DNA of 64,000 nt from Macrostomum lignano. Taxonomy: Eukaryota. This document shows, piece by piece, positions 25,390 through 37,495 of this stretch (positions are counted from its first letter, which is position 1; each line of letters starts with the position of its first letter). The DNA lies in contig NIVC01002859.1 in NCBI GenBank assembly GCA_002269645.1, forward strand, positions 70,616 to 134,615. Reading direction: 5' to 3'. Both the position numbers and the translations under genes were made by a program. The notes beneath the pieces are model-generated. The model searched no databases. It was not told the origin of the DNA and saw nothing but the letters and a program-made list of their open reading frames with translations.

Positions 25390-25707
25390 GAGCGCCTGCA
25401 AGCCTACCAGGAGAAGAAGGCCAAGAAGCCCGCCCTCGTTGCCAAGAGCAGCATCGTGCTAGACGTGAAGCCGTGGGACGATGAGACTGACATGGCGGAG
25501 ATGGAGCGCTGCGTTCGCAGCATCGCCACCGACGGCCTCCTGTGGGGCGCCAGCAAGCTGGTGCCGGTTGGCTACGGCATCAAGAAGCTGCAGATTGGCT
25601 GCGTTGTTGAAGACGACAAAGTTGGCACCGACTTCCTAGAGGAGGAGATCACCAAGTTCGAAGACTTGGTCCAATCTGTGGACGTGGCCGCTTTCCAGAA
25701 GATCTGA
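25390..25707 (+). CDS. EEF1B: Elongation factor 1-beta, coding exon 3 (GEF domain)
   Basis: ttcag|[34 protein letters not shown]...DVAAFQKI*. Spliced CDS is 642 nt (213 aa); AATAAA at 25793. Confidence 0.95.
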   Translation, partial: ERLQAYQEKKAKKPALVAKSSIVLDVKPWDDETDMAEMERCVRSIATDGLLWGASKLVPVGYGIKKLQIGCVVEDDKVGTDFLEEEITKFEDLVQSVDVAAFQKI

Positions 25708-26572
25708 GCGAGCCACCTTAGCCCTGGGAGACTGTGCGTTTTGTTTTCAAGTTATTCTTTGCAATCTAAAAAATCAAATAATTATTCATAAAAATAAACT
25801 GTCAGCGACCAAATTTATGCGAATGGTGACAGGCCAATCACTGCCAGATTGATGCATGCTGCCGCTTACAGTGGACACGACAGCTTTGTTGGACTTTAAA
25901 ATGGATAAATTTAAGTGCCTATCGATGCGCTTTGGTCTTTTTTGCCTTGTCTTTGCTTTCTTCTGTATTACTAAGAATTCAGGTGAAATATCTAGGTTAG
26001 TTAGAAACAGTAAAAAAAGCGTTTCGGTAATTTTACGCGGCCTACGAAGCCTCTCTATCCGGTTCTTCAGGTCGTTTGAAACTTTACAATAACAATCCGC
26101 CCGTTGAAAAGCGTTACCGTAATCAGAATCATTAAGTGACGCAACTCAGCGATTCTACAGCGACTAGCCAGATACGACTATTCGGCCCCAAAGTCATTAT
26201 CGTAGAAGCGCCCCAGAGTCGCAGACAAGAAAACATCTCAAATTTACTCATAGGTGACTCTTAAGCGGACCGGTCCGATGAAGACGGTCGCGGTAAATTA
26301 AGATTTATGTGACTCCTCTCATCTGACCCTTGAAGTAAAAAAAGTTAGCCGACCCCAATACTACTGAATAAGTAGCTTATGAGTGAACAGAAGAATTTCA
26401 TCCAACCAACAGGGTGATCATTTGCACACGTGTGTACCGCAGTTTTCCGCTCTGGGTTTCTCAATTAACCCTTAGAAATCATTACAGAACAGAGACAATG
26501 CATCCTAATGTCCTTTTTAACCTGTGTTCTTGCAGCACATTGACGTTGTTTTAAAGGTTTTGACAAGAAGTC

Positions 26573-27048
26573 ATGACCTCGGCGGCGACCCCAGACTCGG
26601 CCGCTGCCTCCGTCGACATCAAAGTGGTGCTGCTTGGTCAGCGATACGTTGGCAAGACCGCCCTGATGGAGAGGTTCCTTCACGACCGATTCCTATCAGC
26701 CGATGGCTACCTGACCACCATTGGTGCCGCCTATGGATCTAAGAGACTCATGTTGCAAGCTCCATCGAATAGATCCGTGGTGCTTGGAGTCTGGGACACA
26801 GCGGGCGGGGAGGAATACCACTCACTGACTCGAATCTACTACAGGGGCTCCAGGGCTGCCGTTCTGTGCTACGATGTCACCACCGCCGACAGCTTGGATA
26901 GAGCCAAGTTCTGGGCCGGCGAGCTGGCCAAGCATGAGCCCGACTGTCGGGTGTATCTCTGCGGCTGCAAACTCGACCTGGCCACTGAGGACCCGGCCGC
27001 CCGGACCGTGTCACCTGCCGCCGTCAAAAAGTTTGCTAATGGTGAGCT
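26573..27048 (+). CDS. RAB24: Rab24-like small GTPase, exon 1 (3' boundary 27041 or 27048)
   Basis: GQRYVGKT, TTIGAAY, WDTAGGEEY, GCKLD; TIGAA and the non-Q G3 motif are Rab24 hallmarks. Confidence 0.8.
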
Positions 27049-27062
27049 GTTAGGGCGATCGG

Positions 27063-27258
27063 CTGTGACTCACTTTGCTGATTGAGTTCTTGCCAGTGAC
27101 TCACTTTGCTGATTGGGTTCTTGCCAGTGACTCACTTTGCTGATTGAGTTCTTGCCAGTGACTCACTTTGCTGATTGGGTTCTTGCCAGTGACTCACTTT
27201 GCTGATTGAGTTCTTGTCAGTGACTCACTTTGCTGATTGAGTTCTTGTCAGTGACTCA
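27063..27258. repeat. 31-bp tandem array in the Rab24 intron, overlapping the 3' splice site
   Basis: GTGACTCACTTTGCTGATTGAGTTCTTGCCA x6 plus a partial unit that runs into exon 2. Confidence 0.92.
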
Positions 27259-27435
27259 ATATTCGAAACTTCAAGCAAAACAGGCGAAAATGTTGCCGAA
27301 CTGTTTGCCGCAATTGCCGAAGATTTTGTCCGAGGTTCCTCTGGCGACTCAGCTGCTGAGGCGTCTGGCACAGTTTCGCTAAACAGAAACGCCAACCAGC
27401 AACAACAGCAGCAGAAGAAGCAGTGTGGCTGCTAG
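27252..27435 (+). CDS. RAB24: Rab24-like GTPase, exon 2 (5' boundary 27242 or 27252)
   Basis: IFETSSKTGENVAELFAAIAEDF...QQQKKQCGC*: G5 motif plus CxC prenylation signal. Confidence 0.8.
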
Positions 27436-28229
27436 GCTTACAAATTTACATTAATAATAATTACGCTATGAATAAGCTGTTGACTAATACTTTTATTAGT
27501 TCAATACTCACTTATCCAATGACACGTGGCTTCATCAGCATACTACTCGCTAGTAGGCATGTCGCACATTAATCTATCCGATTGCAACCCCCACGGGCTA
27601 AGAAAAACGAATCAGATTTAAAGGGTTTAAATTGGCACGTCTTTCACAGCTTTAATTGTTGTAAAAAAATTAAATTATTGATTGGAATTTTGCGTCATTA
27701 ATTTTGATTTCATTTGCCAAGTCGGGTTTTATTCTTTTATCCACTATATTTGCTTTCCAGAGTGCCTTAAGCCTTCAAGTTGCGCCTTTGCACCGTCGTT
27801 TTTATCATATTGTGAGATATTGTTTACTTTTTAATCCACTATGCTGATACACTCTATAATCAAAATATACGCTATATACAATTGGCTTTTGTATGCTAAA
27901 ACTTTTTCTTGCTCCGCCTACGTACTTGTAATACTCGTAAGACTATCTATATTTAAACCAGAATTTGTTCAGATTTTTTTCACATTTTATTGGGCCACCG
28001 AACCTACAAAGTATGGGCTAGATGGTTTTAAGAATGTGCTGAACGGTCTTGACATCGGCATCTTAAATTTTAGTATCCTCACATTGAGTCTGAAAGTGTC
28101 GCAATGTCATGAGATCGTGAGCGCCAGTGCAACTTCGCAAATTTCTGTAGTTATGCATCATTTTTAATTAGTCTGCGCGCGTTGTGCAATGCACTGCAGC
28201 CCTCCCATTTAGAATGTCTATGGCCAAGA

Positions 28230-28800
28230 GGCTGGTAGGTGCCCCTGTTTCTTGTTGGGCGCCCCTGTCTCTTGGTTGGCGCCCCTGTCTCTTGGTTGGC
28301 GCCCTGTCTCTTGGTGGCCGCCCCTGTCTCTTGGTGGGCGCCTCTGTCTCTTGGTTGGCGCCCCTGTCTCTTGGTTGGCGCCCCTGTCTCTTGGTTGGCG
28401 CCCCTGTCTCTTGGTTGGCGCCCCTGTCTCTTGGTTGGCGCCCCTGTCTCTTGGTTGGCGCCCCTGTCTTGGTGGCCGCCTCTGTCTCTTGGTGGGCGCC
28501 TCTGTCTCTTGGTTGGCGCCCCTGTCTCTTGGTTGGCGCCCCTGTCTCTTGGTGGCCGCCCCTGTCTCTTGGTGGGCGCCCCTGTCTCTTGGTTGGCGCC
28601 CCTGTCTCTTGGTGGCCGCCCCTGTCTCTTGGTTGGCGCCCCTGTCTCTTGGTTGGCGCCCCTGTCTCTTGGTGGGCGCCCCTGTTTCTTGGTTGGCGCC
28701 CCTGTCTCTTGGTGGGCGCCCCTGTCTCTTGGTTGGCGCCCCTGTCTCTTGGTTGGCGCCCCTGTTTCTTGGTGGGCGCCTCTGTCTCTTGGTGGGAGCC
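28230..28800. repeat. 20-bp minisatellite (TTGGTTGGCGCCCCTGTCTC)
   Basis: About 28 units with the CpG retained. Confidence 0.95.
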
Positions 28801-30401
28801 CCTACCCCTACGTGTCCCCCCCTACAATAATATACATGCGCACTTATATTCTAGGCTGTTGGATACCGTTGTCCAAGAGTTGACAAAAGTTAAGCTATTC
28901 ATGGAGCTGCGTTACATGTGTAGCTATGTCTTATTTAGTGGCAATTTGTGGTGGTTCCACTTGATGTTGACTACTCTAGTTTAGCCCAAGGGCACTAATA
29001 TTCTTATCTCTTGTATCGCTTGATTTCCAAACCAGCTAGCTAGTCTATTATAACTAATAAAAATAGGTCTCCATTTCCTTAAATATGGAACTGAAATTCG
29101 AAGTTTCCAAAAAGGACAAAAATCAGCGGTCGCTGCGTCCCAACCGCATGGACTTGTCCGTACCATTCTGGGGTCACCATTGATGTCTGCCGCCAACTTG
29201 AATCTTTAATTTGATTCTTCAAGGTGCAGAAAATTTTTTGCTTGAGAACTTTGCTAGTGAATGACGGCGCCGGCGTACAATCTGTGATGGCAGGCTTTGT
29301 GCCTAGCTAGTTCCTTAGTTACTAGGGCCTGATATGCATAAGGGATCTCTCGATTGCCAATCAATTCTCGAGGCGTTGCCTCCCAAGGCAGGCCGAATAT
29401 TTTAGTCCCACTTGAGCGCGCGCTGCACTTCTCAAAGCCGGGCCACTTCGTCGGGACGGGGAGCAGATGAGTGGGAAAGTGGGAAGAGTGCTTGGAATTG
29501 GAGTCTCCCTTTAGCAACTGCCTAGCTCTCACTCTCATTTCCCATTCCTTCATTCATCCTCATTCTCTCTCGCTCCTTGACGCTTGCCCGGCGCGTGTGA
29601 TGCAAATAGAGCTCGCCTGAGCATCCGATATATTAAATAACGAATGCGCGAATTGAATCTTGCAATTTTTGGTTGATCATCGGAAGTGATTAAACATAGG
29701 TATGGCACCGCATCTCTTGGCTTGAATTGTGGTAGAACTATTTGAGCACTGGCCCAGTTTTTGTACCTGGGCCGTTATTGCGTGTTCGATAATTTTTTAG
29801 CGAATATTAAGTTGCACAGCACCATTTCATAATGATTTATCACATTGCTTTTGCTCAAACTGTCCCAATTTCTGCCGCCTCATGCAGACGATGCGGGCCA
29901 AGCAACTGGGGGATTCTGGACCACTAGGACTGGCCTCTGGAATGAGGATTAAGCAACCGGCCGGGCGAGGGGGCAGAGTGCCTCTCGCCTGTCCGATTTC
30001 CCTGACGCAGCCTCCTTATAGCGCGCCGCCCGAGGGACCCGCGCCGCTGAAGGGCTGGGCAGCGCTGGCTAGAAACTGCCCCCCCCCATCCAGGGCCAAA
30101 CTCGTCCCCAACTTTTCTGGTCCACAACCAGCCGCGCCTCCCATTTCCCCTGTTCTCTCCGGCCTCCTTCGCCTACTCAGCCTGAGCCTCTGAGTAGCCC
30201 AGGCTTCTCCAGCCGGCCAACCCCCCTGGGGAACACGGCGCTCCTCCCTCCGCTGAGATCCCACCAGTCTGATGAGGGCTTAGAGGAGCAAGCCGGGATA
30301 GCAAACTCTTTCTTCACCCCCGCCCCCATTCCCACTCTTTTAATCCCCCATCTTGTAGTCGTATATATAGTGCTTCCCCAGCCTAGTACTAGCACTCTAA
30401 T

Positions 30402-30402
<1 letters not shown>

Positions 30403-30468
<66 letters not shown>
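30403..30468. repeat. (CT)n microsatellite
   Basis: About 33 perfect units. Confidence 0.97.
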
Positions 30469-30473
<5 letters not shown>

Positions 30474-33132
30474 AGGCGCACACTCTAGGCTGCAAAGAAG
30501 GTAAAACGCTCAGTGTGCGCATTGCGGTTTGGACAGCAGCAGAGCGGAGGTTGGGAGAGGAGGCTGGCAGGGGAGATAAGATGGGGAAGGGGCCTCCATC
30601 CCGCCTTTCCTCTTCCGTATCGACCAAGCGGGGCGGAGGTGGGAGGCGGCGGAGAAGGGGGAGAGAGTAGGAGAGAAGGAATGGACAGGCTGGGCGAGTA
30701 TTGCGGGATAGCAAGGCCCGACGCTCAGGCGCCCCCTCCTCCGGCACGGCCGTCCCATCCCAGCTCCTTCGCTTAGCCTCAAAAGAGTTTTCCAAAACGG
30801 CACTGCAGGCCTTTCCTCCCCCTTTACTCCCCAATCCGGGCAGCCTACTTTAGTCTAAAAAAGCCGGTCGCGCAGGCTAGTTTGCCCCTCCCCCACCACC
30901 CCGGGATTTTCAACTTTATTCAAATAATCAACTTTGTTTTAACCGGTCGTGCTGTCCCCCCCCTCCATTAAATTCCGTGGCATCAAACGACCCGAAGGCA
31001 GAGCAACAGGACGCTTCAAATGTGACCCGTGAGCAGAATAATTGCCAGTCGGACAGTCAAACAGCAAATATTAGAGTTTATAAAAAAGCTCCCGAGAGTC
31101 AGCACTTGGCCAGCTCTGAAAAAGCCACAGGTGAGACAATTTCTTTCTCTGAGATGTTCCTACGCTCATTGCCGCTGGACATAAAAAGTAAAGACTTATT
31201 GACCACAATAATAAGTCACTCCTAAAAACCCCTTCTCTCAAACTCAACTCGACAGCCCTGCTCAATCTGCCCCTCTACGTCGTACTCAAAAACCCTTTAT
31301 CGCTATCGAGCCCAGCTGATCCCAGGCATCGCTTTCATCTTTAATGAGCTTCTACTCCGGCCAGACCTGAAAAGTTGGCCGCAGCATCAAACTTTGCAAC
31401 AAGTTGATGCGGCATCTAGATGGGGAACGGTTTCTCGGCGCATTAGATCTGATGGGATCCGACAAGATCCGCTCCCCCCCCCTAGCCTTCCCGTGGGACT
31501 CAGCCTGTATTGAAGCTTGTAGATGTTGCTAGCAGCATCTGCCTCCCCGAGGCCTCAAAGTTTTCTTTCCACTTCTTTGAGTTCATCTCGGTTGAAAAAG
31601 GCATCAAAACCTGCAGAGCCTTGGTGTTTATATTTACTCGGCGACTATACTCGCCAGTGCTCAACCCCCCGCACAGTTGAGTTCAGTAGACAAAACTATA
31701 AAAGACGAGATATTGGACTGATAAAGACTCGTTCAAATTTCACTTCTAAGATGCCTTCAAATGGGAAGTTGATAGTATTTTTTACATAAATTTTTATGTT
31801 TACTTTGTACTCTGCTTTTACTATACATTAAATGTGTTGCAGACATGGAGCACTGCTGGCTTCGAGAAAGGAAAGTGTTGTATATCACAGACGCTTGGGC
31901 ATAAAGCTCTATAATCTTGCACAGGGGGGGGGGAGATAAGTCTTGGCGTGACAGGAAATAAAGCCAGCCCTCCGATTCTTAAACCCCACCGCAGTGGTCG
32001 AATCAACTTTGCCCGACCTTTGAGTTGTTTTATTTCACCCGCAAGGCAATCAGAACAAAGTGCAACCCCAGTCTAGAATGGACTTGCTGGCCTCACTTTG
32101 GTTTCCCGCCTGTCGGCTCTTGAAGCAGAATGCTACTGCCCAGTCTGGAATGAAGCCTTCATTCGAGATTGCCGTCCACCAACTGCTTCTTCTGCTTCAA
32201 TATGTTCTTTCTCGGTCTCCTCCCTGGTGCGGACTCTCGTCTCTCCCACACTGCCTCTCAAAGCTAGCCAAGAGTAGCCAGAAACAACAGCAGGTAAAAT
32301 TGATTTGCTCCTATTGATTTAACGACACCCGACCCGTCCGCTAGCAGCGCTTTTCCTATAAGCCAGCCCCCCCCCTCATTTTCTGTTGCCGAATTCCTGC
32401 AGGGGAGATGGACCAGGGATTTCTGCACACACGCACAGCCTCGAGCGCCTCGCAAATAGCAGCAATCGAGCTTTGCTGTGCCCGCCCAGCTCCCGGGCTC
32501 AATTAGGGCGGTTCTCACGTCTGCAAGTCTAGCTGTTTGCATTGCTGCTTTCCCTCTCTATCCTGTTGTGTTCCCCTTCGCATTACTGAGGACTGTTTAG
32601 CCGGCTCCTAATTCATTCAGATTGATTGCCATTCTCCACTGTTTGCCTGCGCTGAGCTGCAGTAGATAGGACGGTTAGAAGGGTTTGTTAGAGCAGCAGC
32701 CCATCGCATCCTTCTCGACTCATTCTCATCGCTATGGTTTCTGCTTAAAGATGCACCGTCTGAATCTTACAGTAAGCCGTCCTTGTCGCCGCAGAAATCA
32801 GAAGGGTAAAAACGGCTACTTGAATTGGAAATGACAGCCTGAAACTAAGTGGAGAAAATAGGAAAATTTTATCAGATGTGCTTGAGATATGAGAGATGGA
32901 GCTTTCCAGCTGCACCATCCTGTAAAGCCCAGTCAACATGCTTCTCTCTTGAGACCTACTCGAAATCTGCTTATGAAATGGAGGAAGTTTCGATTTCTAT
33001 TAGAGGGTTCAGACTTCGGATCAGAGGCCCAGGGGCCCAGTGCACCGAGTGCTCCATTGGAATTAAGAATATTTGGAATGGCGCGGCTGGTCTCACTGCC
33101 ACCTTATCTATTCGGTTAGGCCGTCAGTCGCC

Positions 33133-35822
33133 ATGTTCGGCAGTCTATTTGGCGGTGCCAGCAAGCTGCTGGGCTCCGTTGCCGACACCGTTACCATGGC
33201 GGTGACGGGTGATACGCAGCAGCAGCCAAGTCAACAGAACCAGCAAGCAGCTGGTCGAGGGACAGCACCGTCGCAGCAGCAGCAGCAGCCACCGCGTCCG
33301 CAGCAGCCCGCAAACAGCTTCTTTCAGAACCGCGGACCCGGGTCCGGTTTTCAGCAGCAGCAGCAACAGCAACAGCCACGACTTCAACAGCAGCCACAGC
33401 AGCAGCAGCAACAACAGCAGCAAAAGCAAATGCAACACTATCAGAATCAGCCACAACAGCAGTTTCAGCAGCAACAGCAACCACAGACACAGCAGCAAAC
33501 GACGCAGTCGCAGTCACGTCAGCAGCAACAGGTTAATCACCAACAAATTTCAAAACCGCAGCCGCAGCAGCCGCAACAACCCCAACAACCTCATCAGCAG
33601 ACACTGAATCATCAAGCACAGCCACATTATCAGCAGGTCAATCAGCCATTGCCAGAAAATCAGCACCATCGAAGTTCCCAATATCAACAGCAGCAAAACT
33701 CTTCAAGCCAGCCACAGCATCAGCAGAATCCCACGAATCCTCAAGTAAAATCTCAATATCACCAGCAACAGAACCAGCCTTCGTATCAACAGCAGCAGCT
33801 GCAAAACCAATCACATCAACAGCAGCCACAACAGTCACAGCAAGCAGCGCAGTACCAACCCCAGCAACCGCAGCAACAATCAATGAAACAACAACCAATG
33901 CAACAACAACCAATGAAACAACAACCAATGCTGCAACAACCAATGCCGCAACAACCAATGCCGCAAAAACCAATCCCACAACAACCAATGTCGCAACAAC
34001 CAATGCCGCAACAAACAATGCCGCAACAACCAATCCCGCAACAACCAATGCCGCAACAACCAATCCCGCAACAACCAATGCCGCAACAACCAATGCCGCA
34101 ACAACCAATGCCGCAACAAACAATACCGCAACAACCAATGCCGCAACAACCAATGTCGCAACAACCAATGCCGCAACAACCAATGCCGCAGCAGTCGCTG
34201 CCTTCGCAAGCGCAACAGCAGCAGTATCAGCAGCAGTCGTGGCAGCCGTCCCAGCTTCAGCCGCAGCAGCCTCTGCAACATCAGCCACAGTACTATCAAC
34301 AACAGCAGTATCCACAGCAGATGCAACAGCCTCCAGCACCACAGCAGCCACAACAGCCTCCGCCACAGCAGCATCACGATGGTCTCTTTGGAGGCCTGAC
34401 TTCAAAGATCGCTGAGCTCACTCGGAAAGCTTCCTCTCACGGCAATAGTACTGACCACTCAAATCAGCCGCAGCAACAGCAACAGCAGCTAAATCAACAA
34501 AACCAATGGCAACAGCCGCAACCTCCTCAATGGCAGCATTCGTCGATGGCGAACAATCACGGCTACGCTGGTCAGACAGTCAATCAGTTCAGTTTTACGG
34601 CTGGTCAAACTGGACAGCAGCAGAATGCTGCCTGGATGAGTTCCGGCGACTTCGCTAGCGGCTCTGTCGGGTGGCAACAAAACATTCAACAGCCCCAGAC
34701 AGCTACAGGCTACGGCTACGAGTGTGCCCAGGCAGCTGCAGGCTCCGCACCGACATCGCTTTGGTATGGTCAATCGGCTGCGACAAATGCGACTTCAAAT
34801 GAATACTGGCAGCAGCAGCAACCGCAGCCGCCACTGCTAAATGCCGACAGTCAGAGCAGCGAGATCGGCGGGATCTATAGCAGCATTAGTATGACCACCG
34901 ACCCCTACATCAGGGCCGCCATGCGAGGCGAGATGCTTCCCGACGCGCCCTGCTTTACTGGCGGCAACCGGACCGGCGGAAACTCTTCGTCTTCCTACTT
35001 GGAGAGGCTGCTGGCTGGCCACGACAGCCGGAGTCTGGCTCGCCAGTCCACCGACATTCTCGACGATGATGATCCAACGCTGACCGCGGCTGCCCGGCAC
35101 CGGCGCAGCCGATGGTGGCTCGATTCCACCCGGGATGATCCGGCCACAACGTCCGGGCGAGTCCGCGCGGCGAGTCCGGCCGTCATCATTGGCCGACGCG
35201 GTGGATCAATTGGCGGCCGCTACGCCGACGAGTTTGGCTTGGAGGATGCGGACCTTGCCAGACCGGCGTCTGCGTTCCAGCGCTACCGGCCCTGGCGCCA
35301 ACGTCGGGACTGGGAAGACGATCCTGACGCGGTGAGCAGCCCGGCACCGGCTGGGCGAAGCCGCGGCTATAGCAGAAGCCACGGCTACGACCAGGGCCAC
35401 GGCTATGGCTACAGCTTTAGCGAGGCGGAAGGAGAGGCGGAGGCTGACCCGGATACTGAAGCAGATTATCGACGAAGTCATCAACAGCAGCACAGGCGAC
35501 GACGTCGGCACGACTCGGCACAGGCAGCGTTTCTAGTCCGCGGTGGCGGCGGCGGGAGCGGCGGCTATGCCGACGATGACTATTGCGGCGCCACGTACTT
35601 CGTTGGCGGTCGGCACCGAAGAAGCGCGGGCGCTGCGGTCAGATCTGGGGGATTGTACGGCGGAGAGCGCCGGCAGCACCGGCGGAGTCGCGGCGTCGTT
35701 GGAGGCGCATACGACGACGCTCTGGGCGCTGAGCAAGCGGGGGTAGACGATATGAACGACGAGGAAGTCCGCGAGTGTCGGGACTTTATGACTCGATCCG
35801 TTGGGAAAATGTTCAACCAGGG
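33133..35822 (+). CDS. KIAA0513: KIAA0513-like (SBF1/SBF2-domain) protein, exon 1: Q-rich N-terminal extension
   Basis: Open frame from ATG 33133 to ECRDFMTRSVGKMFNQG GG|gtgagt; the last residues match the KIAA0513 helix CRxFMxxYVxKIF. Confidence 0.75.
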
Positions 35823-36127
35823 GTGAGTGAGGCAGTCGGAGACCTATTCGTTTTTAACTCTCTTTACGACTGTTCCAGAGCCACTTGATGGCACGCAAAG
35901 ACATCCTCCTTCAGCATATCTTACTTTCCAGATCTGAGGAAAAACTGTCATTCGACGTTGAAATCTTGATGTAGGAAATGATTTGAAAAATTTCTAACCA
36001 ATCTAAACTCTCGTATTTCAAACCTTCAAACCATGACAATCTTCTATCTACATCTATGCACTGATGTCTTATTCCCCAGCATCCGGATTTGCATTCGTAT
36101 GATTTCAACCCTCATTTTTTATTTTAG

Positions 36128-36176
36128 AAGCAACATCTCCGCAGAGGACAAAGCGAAATTTGGCCAGTACTGCCAG
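36128..36176 (+). CDS. KIAA0513: KIAA0513-like exon 2
   Basis: ttag|A SNISAEDKAKFGQYCQ|gtga (cf. EEKAKFGEYC). Confidence 0.85.
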
Positions 36177-36320
36177 GTGAAATTTTCTCTTTGAAGTTCT
36201 CTTCGATTCTGTTAATACAAAAAGCTTCCATATTTTATGATGTTTACAGTCAGTCTCTCTACCAATCTCTACTCTCACCCGCCAATCTCCAATCCCAAAC
36301 TTCCATTCATCGCTTCGCAG

Positions 36321-36510
36321 AAGCCAACTGGTCGCATTTGGTTCGCCCGATGCGTCGAGGCCCAACGGGGTCGCGCGGAGCGGGTGGAGGAGGACTGCTT
36401 CTTCGCTATCGTGCAGGCTCTTGCCATCGCTCTGTACGAATGCAACGAGGCAGACGACTGGAAGACCGCCTCCACCCTTATGAACATGTGCTTTACCTAC
36501 TACTATTCAA
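36321..36510 (+). CDS. KIAA0513: KIAA0513-like exon 3
   Basis: KPTGRIWFARCVEAQR...ALYECNEADDWKTASTLMNMCFTYY; cgcag acceptor, gtagg donor. Confidence 0.88.
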
Positions 36511-36597
36511 GTAGGTTGAAAGCGCTTTTAATGCGCCTGAAGATTTTCGTTTCTAACTTTCAGAATACTGGCTTTGATATTCTACAAAACTTACCAG

Positions 36598-36751
36598 TTC
36601 AACCGCTCTCTTCCACTCTAGCGACCAACCAGAGCGGCCAGGTCCACAAACTCTATCTCTATAATTTCGTTAAGGATCAGCCAATTTGGCAGTCACTGCG
36701 ATTCTGGAACGCCGCCTTCATCAATTCGATTCACATCGACAAGCAGAGCAG
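36598..36751 (+). CDS. KIAA0513: KIAA0513-like exon 4
   Basis: KLYLYNFVKDQPIWQSLRFWNAAF; accag acceptor, gttag donor. Confidence 0.88.
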
Positions 36752-36894
36752 GTTAGCGTGGGACAAGGAATAGCGGGAACGAGGTGCAGGGATTTGAAAT
36801 GCTAGCCTTAAACTTACTACAGGACATTAGACAGACAGGATGATAGAGGGCATGACATTACAGGTTTAAAGGGGTGAGAGCGTGGATCGATGAG

Positions 36895-37378
36895 GTAATA
36901 ATGGGGAGTGAATGGTAGGAACGGGAGTGAATGGCAGGAATGGAAGTGAATGGCAGGAATGGAAGTGTGAAGGGCAGGAAGAGGAGTGAATGGCAATAAT
37001 GGGAGTGAATGGCAGTAACGGGAGTGAATGGCATGAAATGGAGTGAATGGCAGGAACGGGAGTGAATGGCAAGAACGCGAGAGTGAATGGCAGGAAGGGG
37101 AGTGAATGGCAGGAACGGGGGTGAATGGTAGGAAGGGGAGTGAATGGCAGGAACGGGAGTGAATGGTAGGAAGGGGAGTGAATGGTAGGAAGGGGAGTGA
37201 ATGGTAGGAAGGGGAGTGAATGGTAGGAAGGGGAGTGAATGGTAGAAAGGGGAGTGAATTGTAGGAAGGGGGGTGAATGGTAGGAAGGGGAGTGAATGGC
37301 AGGAACGGGAGTGAATGGTAGGAAGGGGAGTGAATGGCAGGAAGGGAGTGAATGGTAGGAAGGGAGTGAATGTCAGGA
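36895..37378. repeat. 19-bp purine-rich minisatellite (AAGGGGAGTGAATGGTAGG) in KIAA0513 intron 4
   Basis: Visible tandem array with a 19-bp period. Confidence 0.92.
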
Positions 37379-37426
37379 AGGAGCTTAATGAGCCAGATAC
37401 CTCATCCGCATATCCGCACCCACCAG

Positions 37427-37495
37427 GGACGGCTACGAGGTGGTCCGCCGAGACGGTGCGCAGCACACGGGCCACATGACCATGGGCCAGCTCAA
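37427..37495 (+). CDS. KIAA0513: KIAA0513-like exon 5
   Basis: ccag|G DGYEVVRRDGAQHTGHMTMGQL AA|gtgagt (cf. ITFGQL); phases consistent. Confidence 0.8.

Noticed and set aside
15405-28800. CRISPR-like arrays
   Set aside because: Repeats are head-to-tail without unique spacers, there are no cas genes, and the context is eukaryotic.
30269-30300. Hammerhead ribozyme core (CTGATGAG + stem)
   Set aside because: The required GAAA after stem II is absent.
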